Shown piece after piece: positions 40,939-53,735 of a DNA stretch of 64,000 bases. The notes under the pieces were generated by a model that saw only the letters and a program-made list of their open reading frames with translations, searched no databases and had not been told where the DNA came from. The stretch is from Trichosphaerium sp. ATCC 40318 (taxonomy: Eukaryota; Protista; Tubulinea). The position numbers and the translations under genes were made by a program. The stretch's first letter is position 1, and each line of letters begins with the position of its first letter. The stretch spans positions 1 through 64,000 of the forward strand of contig JALMLS010000466.1 of assembly GCA_038496445.1 (NCBI GenBank). The letters run 5' to 3'.

Positions 40939-41773
40939 TTATCCCTTGGCTTGGCGTTGGTGATGCTTCTTTATCACGTGTTTGCCAACTACACCATCTT
41001 TCCCAAACTTATAGGTAGGAAGCAATACACCGAACTCTGCTAAACCTTCAGCGAGGAACGCGTACAAAGCTAAAAGCGATGCTACTAAACCAAAGAAACC
41101 GCTTGCTCTTGTTACACCGCTTCTCTTTGTCCAAGCGTTGACAGAATCGAGTACAAGCTTGATAAGAACAACACTTAATGTTAGTACCAGCAACCCACTG
41201 CCGTGAGGATTAGCACACGCCAAGATGATTAAAATGAGAACGAGGAGTGTTAATGTGACGTAGTAGAATCCAAGTTCAAACTCGTCTGGGTCTACAACTG
41301 CTGTGACTGGCTCTAAAAGTTGTATGTCTCCCTTTGATATGCCTATGGCTACCCAGTGAAATCCAAAAACAAGGAAAATTGTAGCTGCGAGCGTGTTCCC
41401 GTGATGAAAGTCTTTGAGTCCTCCAATGACCTGTAAAACGCCTCCAAATACTGTAAGTAGCAACCATATCGTGTTGTGTTTTGCTTCAGGGCGAAAAAGC
41501 TCTACAAGCGATATAGTGTTCACTGCAAGGTAGAAACCACCAAGTCCAAGCAATCCTACATTTTTGTTAGCATTTTATTCTACACGTGTAGACGTTATTG
41601 TGTAAAGGTTTGTTGTGATGCCTTTACCACAATTGACACGTGCCTGCGTTACCTTCCCTGTACCCATACTCTGATGGAAATAGAGGTTGTCTTGTGGTGG
41701 TTGGTATTATAGCGGCCTTACTGGTAGTCTGTTTTTGGCCTATTGGAGTCATTCTTGTGCCTGTTTGACTCAT
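40939..41773 (-). CDS. GPR1/FUN34/YaaH (SatP/ATO) acetate channel, copy 1
   Basis: Spliced REGNAGLLGLGGF (NPAPLGL-like), FGGVLQVIGG, GNTLAATIFLVFGFHW and six hydrophobic segments. Confidence 0.88.
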
Positions 41774-42144
41774 TGTGCAATTGTTGCGTTATGTACCAAT
41801 TGTATGAGAAAAGAACTGAAACGGCGCGTGTTTTCTGGAAATCTCATAAAAAACCGATTCACACTCACTGAATACTGTATATATTACGTTACCACGCGTA
41901 GAGAAGTGTATTGGCATACAATGTAGTCGCACCGCTTTTTGTTTTTCTAAATTCAAACATAAAAATAATACAATGACGTCGTACCTCTTGCACAACGTCA
42001 AAGTACACTACTTTCAAGTCGTATCGGGCAAAATTGGGTATTTGAAACTCATCAAGTTCAATTTTCTTACATCTCTTACTTTCCGTTAGCACTCCTTCCG
42101 GTCTAAGTTAGCACATTCCAGGCTGAGATATTTATCCTTGCTAA

Positions 42145-42298
42145 GTATCATAACACGTGATATGACGTTCCATTTCCTAGAGTTTTCTAAGCACTTAAAG
42201 TCTCCTGGAGGTAGATTTAAAGACTTGGTGATTGCAGTCTTTATTCTACGATAAACTGATTTGGTGTGACTTATCAAAATGTTCACTAAAGCTCCCAG
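42145..42298 (-). pseudogene. Deleted relic of the ADP-ribosylglycohydrolase gene
   Basis: Matches about 39784-39889 (ITKSLNLPPGDFKC) fused to about 40321-40350, with indels. Confidence 0.85.
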
Positions 42299-42465
42299 TA
42301 CATATTGTGAGGAAATTCGAAAATCTTGCTCTATGTTAACCTCATGTGTTGAAACTCAATGCATTCTAAGTTTGCGGGATGTCTAGCAATGGCGCTAGTA
42401 AGAGCACGTGAACAACTTGGTCAAAAATATCTAATCATTTTTTTATTTCTACTTTACAACGTTCG

Positions 42466-43307
42466 TCAGTGGCTACCAGTGCTGCCTTTGGATTGGCGTT
42501 GGTGATTCTTCTTTACCACGTGTTTCCCAACAACACCATCTTTCCCAAACTTATAGGTAGGTAGCAATATACCGAACTCTGCTAAACCTTCAGCAAGGAA
42601 CGCGTACAAAGCTAAAAGCGATGCTACTAAACCAAAGAAACCGCTTGCTCTTGTTACACCACTCCTCTTTGTCCAAGCGTTGACAGAGTCGAGTACAAGC
42701 TTGATAAGAACAACACTTAATGTTAGTACCAGCAACCCACTTCCCTGAGGATTAGCACATGCCAAGATGATTAAAATGAGAACGAGGAGTGTTAATGTGA
42801 CGTAGTAGAAGCCAAGTTCAAACTCGTCTGGGTCTACGACTGCTGTGACTGGCTCTAAAAGTTGTATGTCTCCCTTTGATATGCCTATAGCTACCCAGTG
42901 AAATCCAAAAACAAGGAAAATTGTAGCTGCGAGCGTGTTCCCGTGATGAAAGTCTTTAATACCTCCAATGATCTGTAAAAAGCCTCCAAATACTGTAAGT
43001 AGCAACCATATCGTGTTGTGTTTTGCTTCAGGGCGAAAAAGTTCTACAAGCGATATAGTGTTCACTGCAAGGTAGAAACCACCAAGTCCAAGCAATCCTT
43101 ACATTTTTGTTAACATTTGTTCTACACGTTTTTTGTGTACAAGGTTGTTTACGCTTTTGTACAACATTCACACGTACCTGCGTTACCCTCCCTGTACCCA
43201 TACTCTGATGGAAATAGAGGTTGTCTTGTGGTTGTTGGTGATACGTCGGCTTTAATGGTAGTCTGCTGTTGGCCTACGGTTGTCATTCTTGTGCCTATTT
43301 CACTCAT
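42466..43307 (-). CDS. GPR1/FUN34/YaaH (SatP/ATO) acetate channel, copy 2
   Basis: Near-identical to copy 1; GT-AG intron at 43098-43177. Confidence 0.88.
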
Positions 43308-44029
43308 TGTGCAAGTGTTGTGTTGTGTTCTAATTGTATGAGAAAAGAACTGAAACGGCGTGAGTTTTCCGGAAATCTCATAAAAAAAAAACCCCCGATT
43401 CACAGTAAATGAGTCGATATATTACGTTATCACGCGTAGAGAAATGTATTGGCATACAATGTAGTTGTACCGTTTTTGGGGGTTTTTTTTTTTGACAAAA
43501 AGTACAAAAATAATACAACCGCGTCGTACTACTGGTACAACGTTAAAATACACTTTCAAGCTGTATTGGGCGAAATGGGTATTTGAAACTCATCAAGTTC
43601 AACTTTCTTACATTTCTTACTTTCCGTTAGCACTCTCCCCGGTCTTTAGGCGAGTATTCTCGCCTAGAATATTTATCCTTGTTGTACCTTCATTTCAGCA
43701 GGAGGGTTTGAGCTGATACGCGTGACATGGTGAGTAATTTAAAAACTAATCCTGAAGTCTCCGTTAAGAAAATAGGCCTCTTTTGATAAACGTCAGTCTG
43801 GTTGTTTAAAAAAGTCACGTGTACTGCTACGCAACTTTTAAGCACTGTACTAACTGCGCGAAGGTAAAATTCTACTTGTTAACAGCGTATTGGTAAATAT
43901 CAAAACACCAACCAGTACTTACTGTTTTAGCGTTTTATTTTGTGTTTTGGTTGTTTTTTTTTTAAGTCACGTGACACACATTTTGAAAATCTCGTACGAG
44001 CTTTTATGTAACCTTGTGACATCTGATCT

Positions 44030-45112
44030 ATGAAATTACGACTCTTATTATTATGCATAACGTGTTTTATATCGACTATAATGGCTCTAAGTGAGTAGTT
44101 AATACCTCCTATTTCTATATCGCTAATTATCGTGCTAAATTACCCATAAGGTCCGGATGACGAAGGTAGATGCACATTAATGTTAATGGCTGGTAGTGTA
44201 GATTTTTTTTCGCAAGCAGAGACAACCGGACCTAATGTGCCTAAATTTATTGTTGGTGATGATTCAGATGAAACGCCTTCGTATCGCTTTATAAATGCTA
44301 ACATTGAGTTGACCTTTGATATGGACACTACAGAAGCGTCTTATGCTATGCGTGTATTTATTCCTGGCTTCATGCAGGAGATAAGGATCTCTTGCCAGTT
44401 CGACGAGCCGACGCGCTTATCAAGTATGTTATTTAACCTAACCTTTATTCTGTGTTTTTTTTTCTTTTTTTTTTTTTTGCTTGATATCACGTGATGTGTT
44501 ATTAAAAAATATCTAGATGCAACTTTAGATTCGTATAATATAACAGGACAACCATATATCGAATTCTCAAGCACAGATTTCACGTGCGTGTCACTAACTT
44601 GTAAAATAATTTTAGTTAAAGTAAGATACTAGTTTAGACGTACCACGATTAGAAGGACTTGATACAGGCGATTATTTTATGGTTACCGTAGCATTGGAAT
44701 GTCCGGAGCCTCCAACTCCACAGACGAAACCTCCAACTACTCAACCTCCAACCACTCCACCTCCAAGCCAAGATACCGATGCGACAGCACCTCCTTTCCC
44801 TACAGATCCACCAACAATCATTCCTGTGGCGCCTACGGATGACCCTGGCAATGCGGAAAGCTGTTGTATATCAGCTTATTTCGATGATAACGATGAGTGT
44901 TTGTATGTACATTATTCATTAAAAAAGCTAACGCGATTCTTTGTAGGTGCGAAAAGTTTCCTTGCTATCAAGTTGGCAACAAAATGTGGGATTGTCAGAC
45001 AAACGGCGAACGATGTTGGCCAGTTTATGGTATGGGTTTAGAAGCTCATGCTGTTGGTCGTGTAGGCGCTTTTCGAGATGGAAAGACATGTCTTTGTCCA
45101 ATTTCACTGTAA
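44030..45112 (+). CDS. Secreted protein with a P/T-rich linker and a C-terminal cysteine-rich module
   Basis: Signal peptide MKLRLLLLCITCFISTIMA, four introns that preserve the frame, PPTT repeats, and a tail of about 55 aa with 8 Cys. Confidence 0.65.
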
Positions 45113-45346
45113 TTATATTAAAACAAACCAACCAGAAAGAAAAAATAAGCAAAACCTTGTACAAGTTTTTTCGTTGAAAAAAACCGCCCCGTACTATCAC
45201 GCTTGAGCGGAAAAAAAAATACGCATTCGTTTAGCTCTAAAAAATCCCTAATCAAATTCAGACATATTCTAGAACAAAGATTTGTGCAGATAGAAATCAC
45301 AAAATGCTACATTTGATACAAAAGCAATTTTCAGGATTTATTTTTT

Positions 45347-47310
45347 TTACAGTGTTGTTGAAGATCCTGTTTGCTGGTGCGTTTGTTTACTGGATACAAA
45401 TGATCCTGTTCGTCTACTAACTTTAGAAGTACTTGTAGTTCCAGCAGGGTTATATTTGGACATCCATATTTGGATCTAAGGAGAGAATACTGTCAATATT
45501 ATCATGTTTTTTTAATAGTTCGTACAATATCCATTGTTGTTGTTGATACAAACCATATGTACCACAAAACGCAGTAAGGAATTGGTTCGTTTGTTACACC
45601 AGATACCTGAACTACAAAGAAAGCTAATATGAACACCATATATCCAGTCAGAATGGATATTCTCAGGCTAACCTTGATTTTGTGTGAGAAGGACATTTAG
45701 TATTTACTCTGTACCTTTTTGATCAATCCGTATTTTGTGGTGTCGTCCACAGTTTGACACAGGCGCTTAATTATAAAACCTGATATAACCAAGCAGTATA
45801 TGAGACATCCTAAGATATACAACACCTAAACAAGGTAAGTAACTATTTATAAAAACAAAAAAGTTGTGTTCCGTACCAAAATATACCCAGTTATATTTAT
45901 CTCTTCATCGAGCTTAGTACTGAGTACAATACCGCTGATACCATTTAAGATGACCAATACTACCATGATACCAATCAAAACGTAGAATAAGTACTTGAAC
46001 CTTCGTAAATTACTCTTTCCTGCGATAGTCTTATTCATAAAAATACTGTGCCTAAATTCATATTAGTCAACTTTGTTTAGATTCTTTGGGTACCATATCA
46101 AAGCAATCAATAGAGAAGCGCAAACACTATTTCAGAAAAAAATGTCAGTAACGGTAGTCACTGTGATGACGTACGAGAAAGCAGCAGTAATAGAGAAAGA
46201 TATGTTCAATACATAAACAGGGTAGATTTTGAGGTAAGATACTGGATCCACACCTGCACATAGTTAATAACTGTGATTTTTTATGAGCTGCTAAGAGTGT
46301 CATACGTACAATGAAATATCAAGCGGCATATGATTGATACATTGAGTGTACAAAGCAATACTGTTTTGACATCTGGGGAGAAATGAGAGGCGAGAAAGTG
46401 CTCTACTAGTCTGTAGCAAACTAATTAGTAACGAACGTCATAGTGCGAATTGTCTAATTGTAAATTCCTCCGTAATTAAATAAATAAAATACATAATTAT
46501 GACGTGATAAATATGAATACCACGTAATTCCCAAAACATTCTTGATTTACAAACTCAATAAATCTACGTACGCATAAATGCCGTATGCAAGCGCACCAAG
46601 GTTAAGAAGTGTAATACTTGCTTGCCAGACTTTGATCCATGGCGATGTAAGCGTAGAAACCCATTCATTCTCGTCTGGTTCTGTAGATATCAAGTAGACT
46701 CCATGACTCTCAAGTAGGTCATAATCAAACTCATCTTTTTTTACTTCAGCAACAGGGATCTATTGTTTTTAGTCCACAACCATCGAGCTTAAAACTATCC
46801 TCTGAGGAATCCTTGACATACCTTTACTTGGCTCCTCTTTGCGTTTATAACATGCTCTCCCTTCCCAGGAGCGTCACTACTAATTATGACAGCAATTGCG
46901 CCACGCTCTTGCCAATCTACAACAACTATTTCCTGTCTCTCAACAACTTCCTTTAGCATTACAATATTTCCTTATAAAACAACATTAGCAAGTTCAACAA
47001 GCTTAAAAGAAATGAAAGCGTAAAAGGTAGCCCTGTTACACATTAATTTAATCCGTGAAATCACGTGGTGCCAAGAAAAAAAGGTAGTTCGTTTCGCCAA
47101 AAAAAAACCAAAAAAAATAGCCAACAAACCTGTAATATTTGTGCTACTCTCTGGTACCAAATTGACATTTGTATAGCGCCAAGTGATGTTATTTGATCCA
47201 TAGTCCAAAGGACGTAAAGCTATGGTAAGGTTGAAAGGACCATGTACTACGAGAGCTCCATTGGTACATGTAATGATAGCTAAAAATAACAATACGCAAA
47301 TTCTTATCAT
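45347..47310 (-). CDS. Signal peptide, PA-like ectodomain and about 7 TM segments; receptor-like protein, copy A
   Basis: GNIVMLKE...WQERGAIAVIISSD...IPVAEV is a PA-like pattern. Multiple TM segments and an S/T-rich tail follow. Confidence 0.65.
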
Positions 47311-47780
47311 TACGAACTTTGTAGACGTAACGCGTATTTTGTACGAAACCTACAAATTTACGTATTTTGGGAGACTTAAATATGGTCGGAGTTCGGGAAT
47401 GCACGTGGTCCGGGGATATCTCGCGAATTATCAGCCATCTACCAATGCCTGCGCCATTTAGGGGCTTATAAACTTTCCCTGTACTGCATAGCACTAACTG
47501 TACGAAAGCACTGACTTAAAATGAATTATTGTACGTTTTTAATCCAATCAGGCTTTGATACATTGTTGCTGAGCAGTTCGGCTTGTTAATTTCTGTGTGT
47601 TAAGTCAACCAAAACTGCTCGGTATCAATTGTAGCTTTGCGCCCGTGTAGGCCTTGAGCCATGTTATTTGTTGACCAAGGTATTCTACATTAGGTACGCG
47701 TAGAACCAAGACCAACGGTAGTAAAGAAAAGCATACTTAATTTAATACATTTATTAGACAGACTTATATACGTGTTCTCG

Positions 47781-49649
47781 TTAACCTGATGAAGATGTGA
47801 GCTCTATTTTTGGTTGTTTATTGGAGGCAACCGAACCGGTGTTTCTACTTGATTGCCCTTTAGATGAACTTGTAGTTCCAGCAGGGTTATATTTAGACAT
47901 CCATATTTGGATCTAGAGAGAATACTGTCAATATTATCATGTCTTTTTTCGTTTCGTACAATATCCATTGTTGTTGTTGAGACAAACCATATGTACCACA
48001 ATACGCAGTATCCAATCGGCTTGTTCATTACACCTGATACTTGAAACCCGAAGAAAATTAATACAAATAACATATATCCTGTAATGATCGCTATCCTTAG
48101 ACTCGTCTGTTTGTTGAGTGAGCATTTTTTTTACCAATACTATTTTACCTTTTTTATCATTCCGCGCGTCCTGGTATCATCTGATGTTCTACACAGGCGC
48201 TTAATTATCAAACCTGATATAACCAAGCAGTATATGAGACATCCTAAGATATACAACACCTAAACAAGGTAAGTACAATTTCATTGAAAATAGAATTGTA
48301 CCAAAAAGTAGCCTGCTATATTTAACTGCTGATCGACCTTAGTGCTAAGGACCATATCGCCGACCCCATTTAAAACAACCAATACTACCATGATACCAAT
48401 CAAAACATAGAATAAGTACTTGAACCTTCGTAAATGACTCTTTCCTGCAATAGTCTTATTCATAAAAATACTGTGCCTACGGCAAAGTCAGTCAAAGAAC
48501 TTTTTGTTTAGATTCTTTGGGTACCATATCAAGGCAATCAATAGAGAAGCGCAAACACTATTTATGAACAATGTCAGGTAGGTAACAATATTGTATGACG
48601 TACGAGAATACAGCACTGATGGTGAAAGATATGTTCAATATATACCCTGGGTAAAGTTTGTGATACGATATCGGATCAACACCTTTTAACTTTCAGCTGA
48701 AATTGTCCCTGATTTATGCACGTACAATGAAATAGCAAGCGGCATATAATTGATACATTGAGTGTACAAAGCAATACTGTTTTGACATCTGGGGAGAAAT
48801 GAGAAACGAGCAAGTGCTCTCCTAGTCTGTAGCAAACCAATGTTAGAATAAAGAATTGGTTTATGTCGTCGTACGTGTATAGGCCATATATAAGTGCACC
48901 AAGGTTAAGAAGTGTAATACTTGCTTGCCAGACTGTGATCCATGGCGACGTGAGCGCAGAAACCCATTCATTCTCGTCTGGTTCTGTAGATATCAAGTAG
49001 ACTCCATGTCTCTCAAGTAGGTCATAATCAAACTCATCTCTTGCAACTTCAGCAACAGGGATCTATTGTGTTCGTTTAGCAAACAAACCTTACAACTACT
49101 GAGATCACCGTACTTTGACTTGGCTTCTCTTTGCATTTATAACATACTCGCCTTTTCCAGGAGCGTCGCTTCTGACAATGACAGCAACTGCACCGCGTTT
49201 TTGCCATTCTACGGTCGTTATTTCTTGTCTCTCCACAAAATTCTCTAGCAACACAATATTTCCTGGTACAAGCATGTTAGAGAGGAGCCTTTGAGGATAA
49301 AAGAAAAAAAGTACAAACATAAACGTCAGAAAAACTTTTTGTTTTGTGGATTTATTTTTCAGACTTTACGAAAAAAAACAATTAAATAAAGTTGGTACAC
49401 TAAGAAAAAAAAAAAAAAAGTTAATTGTTGGTTTTGGACGAACAAAAAAAAACTAAATAGGATTAGTTACAAACCTGTAATATTTGTGCTACTCTCTGGT
49501 ACCAAATTGACATTTGTATAGCGCCAAGTGATGTTATTTGATCCATAGTCCAAAGGACGTAAAGCTATGGTAAGGTTGAAGGGACCATGTACCACGAGAG
49601 CTCCATTGGTACATGTGATAGCTAAAAATAACAATACGCAAATTTTCAT
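47781..49649 (-). CDS. Signal peptide, PA-like ectodomain and about 7 TM segments; receptor-like protein, copy B (tandem paralogue)
   Basis: Same exon structure as copy A with long identical stretches, e.g. ALVVHGPFNLTIALRPLDYGSNNITWRYTNVNLVPESSTNITG. Confidence 0.65.
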
Positions 49650-50631
49650 CGTTCCGAACTTCGTCGACGTAAAGCGTATTTTGTACGTAAATTTGAACAT
49701 TAACAAACGATTTGGTATTGACTCAATACAACTATAGGTGCTCGTATTTGAAAACGTCAAGGTTGTAAGTTTGAATTAGACAGAGACCAAATGAAAACCC
49801 AAATACCTAGTTCATCTTGTTAGGCCACCTTGGATCAAGAGTGTCACAGCGTAGATGATTGCTATCTTGGTGCACCAAATTTAAATAAAGCATACCAGCA
49901 AATTTTTCCCAAGGCTATGCTTCGTGTTCCCGAGTGGCTGAAGTAGTAGACTATCTTTTTTGATTGTTAAGGCAACTTGTACAAGTCTTACGTCATACTT
50001 ACGATGATCCGCAGTCCGAACAACTACACTGGTTTCCTGTACAATACATACCAAAGCATGTAAAAGTGTCAATTTGTTAAGTCATGGAGAAATGGAACTT
50101 TCGTTGTTGTTCTAAATTGTTGTTCTCGCGTGCGAAGTATGATTTCCTTAATAAAGCAAGTTACAACGTACCTCCGTTTTTGAACAATAAAGACGTTTTA
50201 CAAACGATGTTTTGAATACCGCAAGCGTCGAAGATATCTACAGATACACCACGCTATCGCAAAGGCCTATTTGACATGTTGTCTTTTAATGGTGCCGGTG
50301 AGTTTTTAACAGCTTTTTGAATGGTCTTCCTAGCCAACACTACGCTCAGCGATAGTATTTAAAAGCTAGATAAAGACTAATCTCGAGTTTAAAGAAATAA
50401 AACAACAAAATCCTAATTAGTACATAATATGACAGTACTTGAAATCCACTAGCTAGTGAGGCTGACATAGCTTTGTATTTTCTGTCACTATTACAATATT
50501 GCGTAAGTAAGAGTATTCGGGCGAATATTGAGCAATAAAGGTTAACAAAATAACAAGTGGAAGGAAAAATGAGATTAAGGAAGAATGTCATTATTCAAGG
50601 TTTGACACATTTTTTTAGTGAAATTTTTTAT

Positions 50632-53380
50632 TCAAACACTGCTGTTTGTTTTGTTGGTATTGCCGTTAACGTTTCTTGATAAACTAGAAGCCTCAAAAAA
50701 GTCATCCTCGTCATCTAGAACATCAAGATATTTTGCCTGAAAAAAAAAAGTTGTTAGTCAATTAAAATGTCAATTGGTATTTGCTTAAAGTACCGGGAAT
50801 ATGTAAGGAAGTAAGTACTTTCTCAGAGGTATTAATACAACTATAAGAATAGGGAATATGATAGCACCTAAAAGTTTTATCAAACAAACTTACAAACGAT
50901 TACTTTTGTTCAACAGAAAAAAACTCTAAAATTAGATTACTAACTCACCTTCTGTCTTTGTTACACCGAAAATTGCCAAGCATAAAATAAGTTGTACTAC
51001 AGTGTATATATTTGTCATATAGTAAGGCACCTACATATCGTTTGAGGACTACCAACAATTTAGCTAGGCTCTCACCTTGCTTATATAGTTACGAAGCTCC
51101 CTCCGAAATGCGTTATCTGTGAACCATAACTTCATACGGTCTGCCATTTGATTATTTTCGAGAAGTTCAAAACCCATGTAAATGAACAAGCCACTAAACA
51201 CTGCTTCCGGAAATTTTCTTATTTTTACTGTTTAGCTTTTTGAGTTTGGTGTACACTCTCGTACCTTAAAAATACTCGAAGAGATGGAACCATTATAGTT
51301 AAACCTATCAACAGAGATTGCATGAACGCAGAGAGTCTATTTTCGACAACATATTCCCAAACCTCTCTTTTTTCAATTCCATCCTATTGTGCATTAAGTG
51401 AGCGAAAGCTGTATTCTTCTTTAACTGCGTACTCTTTCTATACGAATGGTTGCAAGAGATCGAACATGAAGAGGTGCTTGAGGAATCAAACCATTACAAG
51501 GAGGTATACCCAACATGCCAGTCATGAACACTTAAATAAATATTAGCTGTATCAGAAAACCTGTACGTTTGGCGTACTGTTGATGCCAAGGATGAAGAAG
51601 TCGTAATTATAAGCAGTTCTGGAAACGGTTTAGAAATGTAACGGACATAAATACGTTACCCTTTTTTCAAGTTATGATCTGGCTTCTGAGACATTAAACT
51701 TGAAACATTATGATCAAAGTAATGTAAAGCAACCTGGCATCAAGTTAGAACAAAAAAAAGAAAGCAAAAAGTATGTCTTTAGATTACCATCACGGATGCA
51801 GGAAGTGCTGCACTCATTATCCCTGCAAGTCCAAGCTGAGGGTCCAAAAAATGAGGAAGCCTGCGGAGCATCAGTATAGTGTTGATCACCAATATCTTAC
51901 CATGACCTTCCACTGAGTGGCCGGAACTCTGTTGGTATTTGTAGATAGTCAAGTTGCTTTCTGACTTTAACAAAAGGACCTTGTAATAAATATGGTAACA
52001 CTACAAATACAGATATAGCCACAGTAGTTGCATAGTCTTTAATATAGTGCCGAACTTTTCTCCTAAGAGGAAACATGTTAACGGAAGACGAAACAAAACT
52101 CTTAGGCACTTTACCCAAAAAGTGTCCACTCTGTCGCACCAGCCAAAGCTGTGGCAACTATCCAGCATCCGAGAGCTAGTATAGTGGCAAAGAAGGGTCC
52201 TGCGATATTATACTACAAGCTGTTAGAAAGCAGGGTACATCAGTTTCTTACAGATTCGTCTGGAGGTAAAGGCGATGTACTGTTATGTGTCAAACTTTGT
52301 TCAGCGCCATGGACTGGAGTATCAGCTTGATCAAAAAAGGACACTATTTGAGATATCCCAGTCCACACCTATTGCAATAGATTATTCACATGTAAAATCC
52401 ATACCATGACATACGTAAATAATACATATCAAACACGCGAAAATCTCACATGTGAAACGTGTTACCAACCGGAGAAGATTGTTGAGGTTGAAAATCGCTA
52501 TCATCCAGTGACCCAACGCTCCCCACACTGTATTGATTAACATGAGTATTAAGATAGTTTTAGGAGACGTACTTTGAATCCATGCATACCAAGGAATAAA
52601 AGGAAATGAGAAAGTTTTCGCTAGCCCATAAGCTGCAATTGTAAATATAGAAACAGGTCCCGTTACTCCTACAATAATGACACTAGAGCCCTACCCATAA
52701 ACGGTAAAGTTAGACAAGTACTAGTCAGTACTCTTGGACATACAGACATCAAAGCATACGATGTTCCTGCAACACAAGTCGATAATAAAACCTACAAAGC
52801 TGAGATGAAGTTTATAAAGCCTTCTAATTCCTACCTCAGCAGTGCCTATTTGGCCATCAGTTGATGAAGAGAGAAGGACTCCAAAAGCAATAGCAGGTGC
52901 AATACTAGTAAAGTACATAAAGATTGTAGCAGCCAGCACCTTAAACGGATGACGAAAGCCTTGCCACCAATCATCCTAGAAACACGTGAATCTTCAGATC
53001 ATGTTTTCTGCTTCTTTAGAATCCTACAAGGTACCAAGGTATTAATCTGTTTCTCACATCTCTGTACATGCCCCTAAAGGGCCTTCCGTCAAGCAAATAA
53101 CTTATACCTTAAATGTGCATAAGGTAGAGTGAAATTTCTGATGACTATTTTAATTTTTTTGGATTGCTATTTATTGCTCTTTTTTACTTGTTCTTGCACT
53201 TGGAGGTACCTATTTTGATAGTGCGTTCGTCTTTCTCATCGTCGCTTTCTTTACAAAGAGTCAGTAACATGATTTCGTAATTTTAAGCACGTGTTAAGCC
53301 CAAATAAAGAGTACAACATTGTTTTGGTACATACCTATATGTACGTCACGTAATAGTGAGCTTTCTTCGTTTATGGACAT
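50632..53380 (-). CDS. SLC4/BOR1-type anion (borate/bicarbonate) transporter, about 18 introns
   Basis: PFRGMYRDVRNRLIPWYLDDW, KVLAATIFMYFTSIAPAIAFG, VGVTGP, TRFTCEIF, YFDHNVS, LKKGTAYNYD, PQAPLHVRSL and VVENRLS. Confidence 0.92.
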
Positions 53381-53735
53381 AAAAAAGACACTACACGCAG
53401 GTTTATACGCCTACGTAAGTACAGAATACTTAAAAAACGATAACAGGTAGAAGTCTAATGCGTTCTTCATGTGTGCTCTATTTTACTTTCTGTAGTAGCA
53501 CTAACCTGCATTGAAGTGCTTTGGTGTATCCAAATTACGAAAAGTATCCTATTGCAGTACGAGTGGAATGTCACGTGCCAACAAAAAAAATTCGTGCAAG
53601 ACATTAAATGATAAAAAAATAGCGTTAAGAGTGATAACAAAGCACCTCAATAGTATCTTTGAGTGGAGTACGAGGTTTGCCCGAAGTTAACTTAAACTTT
53701 CTTAAAACAAGCTAAAACCAGTCAATGTTTATATA

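Larger units (their letters stand above)
39398..43680. repeat. Tandem segmental duplication of [ARH, SatP, upstream region]
   Basis: The SatP copies are near-identical. Region 41800-42140 is repeated at 43330-43680. ARH relics lie at 42145-42298. Confidence 0.85.
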
